The notes: generated by a model from the sequence alone, not told the origin. A stretch of 48,498 bases of DNA from an uncultured Pseudomonadales bacterium (GCA_964638575.1 CAZWYN010000002.1:1-48498), one strand, 5' to 3'; positions 11,399-20,014 are shown, numbered from the stretch's first letter. Numbers and translations are program-made.

Positions 11399-11935
11399 AT
11401 GAACCTACTTCACTCAATTAAAGCGCACGGAACAGACTCCCTGATAAATGTGGTTATTGAGATCCCTACCGGTTCTCAATCAAAAATTGAGTACGATATC
11501 GACACAGAAGAATTCACCGTTGATAGAATTTTGTCTACAAAACTTTCCTTTCCCTTTAATTACGGATTTGTTCCTGAAACATGGAGTATGGATAACGATC
11601 CTCTAGACGCTGTTGTTTTGAGTTCGGAACCAATAAAGACAGGTAGTGTCATCGAATCAAAAATAATTGGTTTGTTAGCCACCAAAGATGAGAAAGGTAC
11701 TGATGCCAAGCTGATCACCATCCCTAGCTCCGAGACAAGTCCCATCTTTACTAAGATTAATACCATCGAAGATCTTGACGATCAAACACTCAGTAACATT
11801 CAATATTTCTACAAAAACTACAAAATAATTGAGCCGGGAAAATGGGTAGACATCGATGGGTACGCTTCTAAAGAAGAAGCCGAATCTAAACTTAAAATAG
11901 CAATTGAGCAATACCATCAACATTTTCAAAAATAA
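11399..11935 (+). CDS. ppa: inorganic pyrophosphatase (family I)
   Basis: VVIEIPTGSQSKIEYD...NYGFVPETWSMDNDPLDAVVL is the classic family I PPase signature. Confidence 0.9.
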   Translation: MNLLHSIKAHGTDSLINVVIEIPTGSQSKIEYDIDTEEFTVDRILSTKLSFPFNYGFVPETWSMDNDPLDAVVLSSEPIKTGSVIESKIIGLLATKDEKGTDAKLITIPSSETSPIFTKINTIEDLDDQTLSNIQYFYKNYKIIEPGKWVDIDGYASKEEAESKLKIAIEQYHQHFQK

Positions 11936-11938
11936 AAC

Positions 11939-14587
11939 ATGGAAGACCAAAACGAAGAAAACAAAACAAACAATATCGACGTTTCCTCCGACGATCAAAT
12001 TATTCCCGTCGTAATTGAAGACAAAAACACAGAGTGGGGCATCATAAAAAATGCTCCCATCGTCGAAGAGATGGAGCGCAGTTATCTAGACTACGCCATG
12101 TCCGTCATTGTTTCTCGTGCGCTTCCAGACATACGTGATGGTTTAAAACCTGTTCATCGCCGTATTCTTTTTGCAATGAGGGACATGGGCATCACCCATA
12201 AAAGTGCCTACAAGAAATCAGCCCGTATTGTCGGTGAAGTCCTGGGAAAATATCATCCACATGGTGACACTGCCGTCTACCAAACGATGGTTCGTTTAGC
12301 TCAAGACTTCTCCATGCGCTATCCCTTAGTCGATGGCCAAGGAAACTTTGGTAGTATCGATGGCGACTCTGCCGCTGCCATGCGTTACACCGAGGCTCGT
12401 CTCTCCAAGATAGCCAGTGAGCTTCTTGAAGACATCGACAAGAACACGGTTGATTTTATTGATAACTTTGATGGCTCACAACAAGAACCACTTGTACTTC
12501 CGGCCAAACTTCCTAATCTCTTACTCATGGGTTCCGATGGCATCGCTGTCGGTATGGCCACCAAAATTCCTCCGCACAATCTGCTTGAGGTCGTAAGCGC
12601 CATCAACGCCTTGATTGATAAAAGCAAAGTCTCAACAACAACTCCCGTTGAAGATGATGATCTCCACACAACGAGTTACAAAAATCTCATTGGTACACTG
12701 GAATCCGACATCGAAATAGATGAGCTTTGTCAACACATCAAAGGACCGGACTTCCCAACTGCCGGTATCATCTATGACACCAAAGAAATCAAAAAGATGT
12801 ATGACACTGGAAAGGCCAGTATCATCGTCAGGGGAGTGGCCGAGATAGTTGAAAAGAAAAATGGTCGTTTCCAAATCCTCATTACCGAGCTGCCATACCA
12901 AGTAAACAAAGCTAAATTAATTACTGATATTGCCGAGCTGGTCAAAAAGAAAAGAGTCGATGGTATCTCCGATCTTCGCGACGAATCCGATAGAAAAGGT
13001 CTGACTGTCGCCGTCGATCTCAAAAAAGACGCCAAGCCCAAAAGTGTTCTCAACAATCTCTACAAATACACCGAGCTGCAAACCAGTTTCCCTGCCAATG
13101 TTGTGGCTTTGACTTCTGACGGAACTCCACACCTCCTAAATCTTAAACAAATTCTTATGGAGTTCACTGCTCACCGTCAAATGGTTGTCGTTCGTCGCTC
13201 TCAGTTTGAATTGAAGTCCGCTAAAGACCGCGCCCATATTTTAAAGGGCTTACTCATAGCTCTGGCCAATATTGACGACGTCATCGAGACCATTAAAAAG
13301 AGTCCCGACTCTGATACCGCCAGAACGAACTTGATGACAAAATTCGGTCTCGACGAAATTCAGGCCAATGCCATCTTGGAAATGCAACTTCGTCGTCTAG
13401 CCGCTCTTGAGCGTCAAAAGATCGAGGCTGAGTACGAAGAAATAATGAAAACCATCGATAAATTGGTCGCTATTCTCAAGGATCCCAAGAAAGTCTTCCA
13501 AATCATTAAAGGCGAACTCGACAAACTGGCCTTAGACTATCCAGAGAAGAGAAGGACACAGATAGTCGCAGCGGCTCCTGGTTCTCTCTCGGAAGAAGAT
13601 CTTATTCCTTCCGAGGAAACTATTGTTACCCTTACCAAATCCGGTTACATTAAACGCATGCCGCTCTCTACTTTCCGAACCCAGAAAAGGGGAGGAAAGG
13701 GGGTTTCCGGAATGACGATCAAAGACACAGATGAAATTCAGCTTTTAACCAACGCCAACACTCATGATCGACTTTTGGTATTTACCAGCAAAGGAAAAGT
13801 TTTCGCCCTTAAGGTCTGGGAACTACCCGAAGGTAGCCGTATCAGCAAGGGACAAGCCATCATCAATCTTATAAACATCGAAACCGACGAAACCATCAAG
13901 AGTATCTTACCAATGCCCAGACAGGTCGAGAAAAACCGTTTCCTTTTCTTCACTACCAAGGCTGGTGTCGTCAAACGAACAGCTCTTCTGAAATATGAAA
14001 ATATCAAAAGTAATGGTTTGATAGCTATTAAGCTCCAAAACGACGATAACTTGGTCTGGGTCAATCAAACCTCTGGTTCCGACCACATACTACTTGTTTC
14101 CAAGGACGGCAAATCGATTCGTTTCCATGAATCGGATGTCCGACCAACCGACAGAGACACTCAGGGCGTCAGAGGTATTTTGCTCAAGAATGACGACTAC
14201 GTCATCTCTATGGACGTTTTTGGTCCCGAAGAGCCGGTATCTACAGACAAACGTGTCAAGTTGTTTAGAGACCTCCTCATCGTCACTGAAAAAGGCATGG
14301 GCAAACGCACTCCGCTTCCGGAATACCCGGTGCAAAACCGCTCCGGTCAAGGACTAAAAGTGTGTGAAACAACAGATAAAACCGGCAAACTTGCGGGTGC
14401 ACTCTTAGTTGACCAAAACTCCGAAGTGCTGCTAATCACTACTTCCCAAGGTCAAGCCATAAAACTTCCTATCAAAAATATCCCCAGGCTCGGTCGAGCC
14501 ACTCAGGGAGTTATCCTTATGCGCTTTGCCAAAGATGGTGACTCAGTCGCCGCCGTGACCACCGTATCTGACTCCGAAGGGGAATAG
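11939..14587 (+). CDS. gyrA: DNA gyrase subunit A
   Basis: Contains [28 protein letters not shown] (catalytic Tyr) and C-terminal beta-pinwheel repeats. Confidence 0.97.
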   Translation: MEDQNEENKTNNIDVSSDDQIIPVVIEDKNTEWGIIKNAPIVEEMERSYLDYAMSVIVSRALPDIRDGLKPVHRRILFAMRDMGITHKSAYKKSARIVGEVLGKYHPHGDTAVYQTMVRLAQDFSMRYPLVDGQGNFGSIDGDSAAAMRYTEARLSKIASELLEDIDKNTVDFIDNFDGSQQEPLVLPAKLPNLLLMGSDGIAVGMATKIPPHNLLEVVSAINALIDKSKVSTTTPVEDDDLHTTSYKNLIGTLESDIEIDELCQHIKGPDFPTAGIIYDTKEIKKMYDTGKASIIVRGVAEIVEKKNGRFQILITELPYQVNKAKLITDIAELVKKKRVDGISDLRDESDRKGLTVAVDLKKDAKPKSVLNNLYKYTELQTSFPANVVALTSDGTPHLLNLKQILMEFTAHRQMVVVRRSQFELKSAKDRAHILKGLLIALANIDDVIETIKKSPDSDTARTNLMTKFGLDEIQANAILEMQLRRLAALERQKIEAEYEEIMKTIDKLVAILKDPKKVFQIIKGELDKLALDYPEKRRTQIVAAAPGSLSEEDLIPSEETIVTLTKSGYIKRMPLSTFRTQKRGGKGVSGMTIKDTDEIQLLTNANTHDRLLVFTSKGKVFALKVWELPEGSRISKGQAIINLINIETDETIKSILPMPRQVEKNRFLFFTTKAGVVKRTALLKYENIKSNGLIAIKLQNDDNLVWVNQTSGSDHILLVSKDGKSIRFHESDVRPTDRDTQGVRGILLKNDDYVISMDVFGPEEPVSTDKRVKLFRDLLIVTEKGMGKRTPLPEYPVQNRSGQGLKVCETTDKTGKLAGALLVDQNSEVLLITTSQGQAIKLPIKNIPRLGRATQGVILMRFAKDGDSVAAVTTVSDSEGE

Positions 14588-14621
14588 CCATACCATACTC
14601 TTCAGGTTCAATATCCTATAG

Positions 14622-14650
14622 TTGATATTTTCGCGATTAAATGTTATAAT
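14622..14650 (+). promoter_or_regulatory. sigma-70-type promoter
   Basis: TTGATA, 17 nt, TATAAT, about 60 nt upstream of the ATG at 14712. A GGAGGAG Shine-Dalgarno lies at 14703-14709. Confidence 0.55.
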
Positions 14651-14711
14651 TTTCAACGTACTTTCCAATCAAACCAGTCAAAAGGTAGGATGTCAGTAGA
14701 GTGGAGGAGCC

Positions 14712-14945
14712 ATGGAAAAGAAGAAAATGCCGCTTGTCGAAAACGGGTTTTTTGTCGTAATTCCGGTAGGAGTGCAGGGAGGAGTCTACGAAAACGCCAT
14801 GCATCTTACTAATCTAATTAATAAGTGGTGCGGAGAGAACCCGGGAAAGAAAATTGTTGGCAGTCCCTCTTTCTATATTACTCCGTCTTCGGGTGGAAGA
14901 AACATCTCAATCGATTCCATCTTCTTTACCTGGGAATTCAAATAG
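14712..14945 (+). CDS. hypothetical 77-aa protein
   Basis: The ORF has a consensus promoter, a strong SD and a strong terminator. I recognise no motif. Confidence 0.5.
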   Translation: MEKKKMPLVENGFFVVIPVGVQGGVYENAMHLTNLINKWCGENPGKKIVGSPSFYITPSSGGRNISIDSIFFTWEFK

Positions 14946-14952
14946 CATCATC

Positions 14953-14978
14953 AAGTCCCGCCATCGCGGGACTTTTTA
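14953..14978 (+). terminator. rho-independent terminator
   Basis: GTCCCGC-CATC-GCGGGAC followed by TTTTT. Confidence 0.7.
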
Positions 14979-15009
14979 GTGACTAATTTCTACTGTTTTC
15001 TACTGATTC

Positions 15010-16602
15010 CTACTGGCTAAACTCCTTTCCTCTCCCCGAAACCGGAGTAGCGCTCACCGTCGCCGTTTGAGAAACTGCTCCAAGCCGGAGAGCCAATAGA
15101 GCTGGTTCTTTGCCCATCCCGACAGGAAAAATTATTGTATCGCCTTTAACCGCTGGCCAGCCATTAATACCACCATTGGCTTGATACTCCCAAACTTTTT
15201 CTCCGGACACTTTATCAAAGGCATATATCTTTCCTTCAAGCGTAGATGTAAACACCAAGTCATTAACTACCGTAGCTGCTCCCACATTCATCGAACCAAA
15301 GACATGATTCCAGAGTACCCTTCCGGTCGCCGCCTCAATGGCGACGATCTCTCCCTTAGCCTTTCCAAGATCGAAAGATTTAGCTACAAACTCACTGGCA
15401 GTGTACTGCACCTCCATGTTGACAACTGGTACATAAACAACTCCATTGGAATACGCCATATTGGTTTCCACTCCGCCAAGAGGTCCAGGAGAAACTCTTG
15501 TTGTTCCGCTCGGCAAAACCTTTAAGGTATCGTTTAGGTGAATCCCGACACTTGTCTCCCAAATCTTATCTCCAGAATTTTTATCAAAGGCATACACCTT
15601 GCCCATCTTTCCCGCCCCAATAATAATATCTCTAATTCTCCCGTTGACCTTCATAGTCGATAGAATAGGGGAGACCTGAAAATCGTAGTCAAATAAATCG
15701 TGAGGTAACACCTGGTTATACCAAAGAAGTTTCCCTGTTTTCAGCTCTAAAGCAACCATACTATTGGTATACAAATTCTTACCTAAGCGGCTAGTTCCGT
15801 TGGGGAACTCTACCGTCCCTGGCCAGGGAGCTGGATTACCAATTCCCCAGTACATAATATTTTTTGCGGTATCAATAGCCGGAGGGTACCATGCTCCACC
15901 ACCACTATTTACCTCGACATTTCCCCAAATATCTTTACTATCTACTGTATCGAAACTCCACAAAATTTTACCCGTTTTTTGATCTAATGCATAAATAATC
16001 CCGGTAGACCCACCCTTATAAAAGTTTTCATTGCTCACGCCCGGTACCGTTGATACATAAACCATGCCTTTGTACGCCGTTGTCTGTATATCAATACCGC
16101 TATTTTGATTATCGGACAGTATTGTTGTCCAAAGCTCCTCTCCTTGTAAACTTAAGCCAACGACACTGTAACGCCCTTTAACTGCAAAAATCATTCCCGA
16201 GTCAACCGATACCCCGTTTGGTCCCGCATTGTCTAGATTGTAGTCTTTCACCCAAACCAGTTCTCCAGTCTTAAAATCCACCGCGTACACGTTACTTTTC
16301 AAATCTTGAAAATATACCGTATTCCCGATAATCAGTGGGTTAGTTGCCACCGCACCCCACTCACTCACTCCCTTAACAGGCAGAGACCAAGCCACACCCA
16401 GACTGGACACATTATCCACGACAATTTCAGAGTTTACCGCCTCTCTTGTATTGGATAAATTTTGATTCGCACTTGGCCAGTCACCGGTAGTATTTCTCAT
16501 TCCCTGAGTAAAGAAAAAATATATTCCCAGGAGGATAACCACCAGTAACAATATCGTTGTATTTCCTTTTTTTAGATTCACTTTCTTAGTCGCCGTGGTC
16601 AT
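15010..16602 (-). CDS. membrane-anchored PQQ-type beta-propeller protein (quinoprotein dehydrogenase-like)
   Basis: It has an N-terminal TM helix and at least six xDxxTGxxxW blade motifs (YAVDFKTGELVW, YALDQKTGKILW, VALELKTGKLLW, YAFDKNSGDKIW, VAIEAATGRVLW, YAFDKVSGEKVW). The segment GGGAWYPPAIDTAKNIMYWGIGNPAPWPG resembles the quinoprotein dehydrogenase signature. Confidence 0.7.
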   Translation of the reverse strand: MTTATKKVNLKKGNTTILLLVVILLGIYFFFTQGMRNTTGDWPSANQNLSNTREAVNSEIVVDNVSSLGVAWSLPVKGVSEWGAVATNPLIIGNTVYFQDLKSNVYAVDFKTGELVWVKDYNLDNAGPNGVSVDSGMIFAVKGRYSVVGLSLQGEELWTTILSDNQNSGIDIQTTAYKGMVYVSTVPGVSNENFYKGGSTGIIYALDQKTGKILWSFDTVDSKDIWGNVEVNSGGGAWYPPAIDTAKNIMYWGIGNPAPWPGTVEFPNGTSRLGKNLYTNSMVALELKTGKLLWYNQVLPHDLFDYDFQVSPILSTMKVNGRIRDIIIGAGKMGKVYAFDKNSGDKIWETSVGIHLNDTLKVLPSGTTRVSPGPLGGVETNMAYSNGVVYVPVVNMEVQYTASEFVAKSFDLGKAKGEIVAIEAATGRVLWNHVFGSMNVGAATVVNDLVFTSTLEGKIYAFDKVSGEKVWEYQANGGINGWPAVKGDTIIFPVGMGKEPALLALRLGAVSQTATVSATPVSGRGKEFSQ

Positions 16603-16606
16603 GTGG

Positions 16607-17005
16607 TTATTTGGTTACAACGATAGTTGCACGCATAAAAGGATGGATTCCGCATATATATGTATACGTTCCTTCTTTTGTAAAGGTGAAGCTGTAACTC
16701 TGACCCGTCGCCAGTCTCGGACTTACAAAGGTTCCGTCGTCACTTACCACATCATGAAGATAGCTTTCCTGGTTTACCCAAGTAACCGTCTCACCTACCT
16801 TTATCGTCATCATATCGGGAATAAATGTATTTTGACGAATCAATACCTCTCCCTTAACTGCTACCGTTGGCGTAATAATCGTCTCTATGGTTTCAGGTGA
16901 CACATAGCTCTGCTTAGGATACATTTTTATATACCAATACCAACCGAGAGCCACCAATATCACAAAAACCACCGCAAATACGAAACCATCCTTTTTTACC
17001 GCCAT
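16607..17005 (-). CDS. membrane-anchored type-1 copper protein (amicyanin/plastocyanin-like cupredoxin)
   Basis: It has an N-terminal TM helix and an upstream His (YLHDVV). The C-terminal GTYTYICGIHPFMRATIVV carries a Cys-x2-His-x2-Met copper-ligand loop. Confidence 0.75.
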   Translation of the reverse strand: MAVKKDGFVFAVVFVILVALGWYWYIKMYPKQSYVSPETIETIITPTVAVKGEVLIRQNTFIPDMMTIKVGETVTWVNQESYLHDVVSDDGTFVSPRLATGQSYSFTFTKEGTYTYICGIHPFMRATIVVTK

Positions 17006-17060
17006 ACGTTTTTATTATTATTAAATTATTAATGCTGTCCAATCTAATAATAACACTACT

Positions 17061-17086
17061 TTTGTAAGAATTTGTAAGAATTCTTA
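17061..17086. repeat. perfect 10-bp tandem repeat fused to a 12-bp palindrome
   Basis: TTTGTAAGAA occurs twice (17061-17080) and overlaps the perfect palindrome TAAGAATTCTTA (17075-17086). It lies upstream of the cupredoxin/PQQ operon. Confidence 0.6.
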
Positions 17087-17101
17087 TACTTCCAAGAGTG
17101 A

Positions 17102-18049
17102 TTACTTCAAATATTTGTCGTGAATCTGTTTTAGTTGGGGATTAGTCACGTGAGTGTATATCTGAGTCGTAGCCACATTCTTGTGTCCCAACATTTCTTG
17201 AACACTACGCAAATCTGCACCCTGTTGAAGTAGGGTCGTGGCAAAAGAATGTCTCAATACATGTGGGCTAACTTTAATAGGTAAGCCCGCAACCCGACGG
17301 TACTTCTCCACAATTCTCTGAATTCCCCGGATGGATAAGCGTGCTCTTTCTCCTCCCATTCCCGGATCCCATTCACCACTTTTGGGGATTCGAATCCACA
17401 GTGCCCGATAGGGATCGGTTCGAGTCGCCAGATATCGGTTTAGCCACTGTGCCGATCGATCAGTGAGGAATACTACTCTTGCCCGTCGTCCTTTACCGAT
17501 TATGCCGAACTCTCGTTGTTTCAAATCAATTTTATCAATATCTAGTTTGGCAATCTCCGACACCCGCATGCCGGTCGAAAACAATATCTCCAGTATTGCC
17601 TTGTCCCGCAGCCCGGCCATGGTTGAAGTATCCGGAGACGTCAACAATCGTTCCACCTGGTCTCTATCCAAAAACTTAATTCGGTGTTCTTCGCCTTTAG
17701 GTAAATCTACTTTTTCCGGCGACAAAGTTTTGATGCCTTTTTTCGCACAATACTTCAAAAATGCACGCAGGGAGATCACATAATAACTTTGGGTGGTGGG
17801 GGAGAGACGTTTACCATGGATATCTTCAAAACGGCTTAAATGAAGTCTATACCTGCGCACCATTTCACCCGTTAGCTTTTCAATGTATTCTTGTGCATAA
17901 TGTTTTTCAAACCAATCGCGAAACTTTTTCAGGTAGTGAGAGTAGTTGCGAATAGTGAACTTACTGTAGTTCTTTTCTACCTCGATATAGCTTAAATACC
18001 TTCTAATGTGGACCCTTAATGTTAGATCGGACGCTTGTTTCTTTGCCAT
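17102..18049 (-). CDS. tyrosine recombinase, XerC/XerD-like
   Basis: It has an N-terminal SAM-like core-binding domain. The C-terminus HVLRHSFATTLLQQGADLRSVQEMLGHKNVATTQIYTHV carries the R..H-x-x-R..Y catalytic signature. Confidence 0.85.
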   Translation of the reverse strand: MAKKQASDLTLRVHIRRYLSYIEVEKNYSKFTIRNYSHYLKKFRDWFEKHYAQEYIEKLTGEMVRRYRLHLSRFEDIHGKRLSPTTQSYYVISLRAFLKYCAKKGIKTLSPEKVDLPKGEEHRIKFLDRDQVERLLTSPDTSTMAGLRDKAILEILFSTGMRVSEIAKLDIDKIDLKQREFGIIGKGRRARVVFLTDRSAQWLNRYLATRTDPYRALWIRIPKSGEWDPGMGGERARLSIRGIQRIVEKYRRVAGLPIKVSPHVLRHSFATTLLQQGADLRSVQEMLGHKNVATTQIYTHVTNPQLKQIHDKYLK

Positions 18050-18068
18050 CTATATCCATCATAGCAAA

Positions 18069-18082
18069 TTATTGTGCGACGT
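18069..18082. repeat. copy 1 of the 14-bp motif TTATTGTGCGACGT
   Basis: An exact second copy lies at 18789-18802. An imperfect inverted partner, CCGTTGCACACAA, lies at 18096-18108. Confidence 0.6.
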
Positions 18083-18294
18083 TATTAATACATGCCCGTT
18101 GCACACAACAAAAAGAAATAAGCATTCTCCAAAACCGGCAATTTATCGCTAAAAAGCACTTGAATTTACCGCAAATATCGAAACAAAAGCCATAAATTAT
18201 TAAATAAAAACACAAACAATTTTCACACCGTGGAAAATAGGGGATAAGAAGTAGGGGAGAACTAAAACAATTTTACAAAATCTAAGCCAAAAAG

Positions 18295-18303
18295 TTATCC
18301 ACA
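18295..18303 (+). promoter_or_regulatory. perfect DnaA-box consensus TTATCCACA
   Basis: Exact 9-mer. The shared 12-mer AAGTTATCCACA recurs at 19015-19026. Relaxed boxes lie at 18219-18227 (ATTTTCACA), 18229-18237 (minus strand, TTTTCCACG) and 18391-18399 (ATATTCACA). Confidence 0.4.
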
Positions 18304-18772
18304 ACCCAAAAAATAAATTCTTTGCGGAAAAAGAAAATTTGCAAAATATAAATTATTTTCCTTTGATAAATATTTAAAAATATTAATTAAATATTCACAA
18401 AATAAAATACCGATCTATATGTACCTAATTCACTTAACTAAAGCGTCATTAAAACATAATTGAGCACAAACACATCTTCTCTTTAGTCTATTAAAGAAAC
18501 ATCAAACCTCAACTAAAAACCCTAAAAATACCGGTCCGTACAATGCCCCTAAAACGGCTTCTGGAACTTTTTGTGGGTACTTTATCATGGGCCATTAGCC
18601 TTAACATTTCGGGTTTATCTACAGATAAGCTCAAAATGAGGCTGGCAGGCACAAATCCTAAAAGAATGACTAAGAAAGTACCGTAGGGGAGCTTTAACCA
18701 AAAACTCTTCGGGATTATGTATGAAACTTGATGATGGGTGAATATATACCATCTGGTGCACAACTATGTGAG

Positions 18773-18804
18773 TTACGTCGCAAAAGTGTTATTGTGCGAC
18801 GTAT
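18773..18804. repeat. 13-6-13 inverted-repeat site with tyrosine-recombinase core-site architecture
   Basis: TTACGTCGCAAAA / GTGTTA / TTGTGCGACGTAT. The arms are complementary at 11 of 13 positions around a 6-bp spacer. The site is about 720 bp upstream of the recombinase gene. Confidence 0.35.
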
Positions 18805-19017
18805 AAGATATCATTCTTCTCCACCGGTACTTAAAACAAAACAGGGAAGTGCAGAAGAATAACTTTCTCCTATCTCCCAATCAGCACCGCTAAACTCATC
18901 AGCGATAAATATTTAATTATTATTAAATAATGATTTAGCCGAACCCTCTCTCCGGATCGACCTATCGTGTTTTCTTCATTCTTTTGTCAACTATATCAAA
19001 CCCACTCACCTAGCAAG

Positions 19018-19026
19018 TTATCCACA
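19018..19026 (+). promoter_or_regulatory. perfect DnaA-box consensus TTATCCACA (second copy)
   Basis: Exact 9-mer in the same orientation as the box at 18295. Confidence 0.4.
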
Positions 19027-19036
19027 TGATTGCCAA

Positions 19037-19106
19037 ATTTCGTGAAAACTTGCCTATTTCGTGAAAACTATTATAGGCTGCTAGTTATAGGATATATTAT
19101 TATAGG
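19037..19106. repeat. iteron-like cluster of short direct repeats
   Basis: ATTTCGTGAAAACT occurs twice (19037-19050 and 19056-19069, 19-bp period). TTATAGG occurs three times (19071, 19085, 19100). Confidence 0.6.
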
Positions 19107-19187
19107 GCTTATACTCATCTCCCTCTCCCCTTTTTCCATGGCAACGAAATATTTTTACAACATCAATATAAAAGAATAATTTATTCT

Positions 19188-20012
19188 CTATCCCACCCAG
19201 GACGTCGTCAGAAATCCCACTACAATAATGATTAACACCGTCACCCCATACTCCAGCAGGCTTTCTAGGTATACCCTATTAGACAAACGCTGTTCCAAGA
19301 TGCCAAATAATGCGTAAAGTCCTGAAGTTAAAATGAGTCCGCCCATAAATGGTCTGATCGGCCAAAAGCAAAGCACTCCGGACAAAATGGCAATTACAAA
19401 ACTGGACGATACGGCATATCTCCAAACCTGAGGCCCAAAATCGTTCTTTAAATCAACACTCCACAGACTCGGATAAGCCAGTATAAAAGACACCGCAAAC
19501 GATATCGGGACCACCCACCAAAAAGCAAGTTTTAAACTCAAGGCAACGGTAAAGAAAAATAATGAAGTTACCAGGGTCAGGATAAAGTTAACCGAACGAG
19601 CAGCACGGAATAGCTGGATTGTCCTAATTGAAGCCACCGAAAAAATATTTTCAATCAGCAATATACTGTACAAACCTAAACCCACCAACAGAAAGTATAC
19701 GATTTTGAAAATTCCCGCCAAAAGCTGCGATGTTTCCACCGACAGAGTTTGTCCAAACATTCCAGGAAACGCAGTCGGCAAAAAATTTGAAAATAATCCG
19801 CTTCCCAAAGTAAACATCATCGGTAAAACAATCAAGGTAATCCACTCAATACCCTTCAGGTCGTCAAACAAGACCCAAACGGACAAGATGTAAGAAACTG
19901 CAGCGACAGCCAGAACCAAACCAAATCTATAGTCTACTTGAGCCAAGCTGGTCAACCATAAGAAAAACGCAATCAATGTACTAATCAAAATAAACTTTGT
20001 TCTTTTAGACAT
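19188..20012 (-). CDS. polytopic membrane protein, function unknown
   Basis: 274 aa with about eight hydrophobic helices and no recognisable motif. Confidence 0.6.
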   Translation of the reverse strand: MSKRTKFILISTLIAFFLWLTSLAQVDYRFGLVLAVAAVSYILSVWVLFDDLKGIEWITLIVLPMMFTLGSGLFSNFLPTAFPGMFGQTLSVETSQLLAGIFKIVYFLLVGLGLYSILLIENIFSVASIRTIQLFRAARSVNFILTLVTSLFFFTVALSLKLAFWWVVPISFAVSFILAYPSLWSVDLKNDFGPQVWRYAVSSSFVIAILSGVLCFWPIRPFMGGLILTSGLYALFGILEQRLSNRVYLESLLEYGVTVLIIIVVGFLTTSWVG

Positions 20013-20014
20013 AG

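Noticed and set aside
18509-18763. An 84-aa minus-strand ORF in the non-coding island
   Set aside because: It begins at a non-ATG codon with no SD, has odd composition, and is the only ORF in an otherwise repeat-rich non-coding region. It cannot be fully excluded as a small membrane protein.
18480-18960. A possible structured RNA (RNase P RNA, tmRNA, SRP or 6S) in the less AT-rich part of the island
   Set aside because: I looked on both strands for GAGGAAAGUCC-type P4, a tRNA-like GGUUCGA-ACCA 3' end, and SRP domain IV motifs, and found none. A covariance-model scan (Infernal/Rfam) would be needed to settle it.
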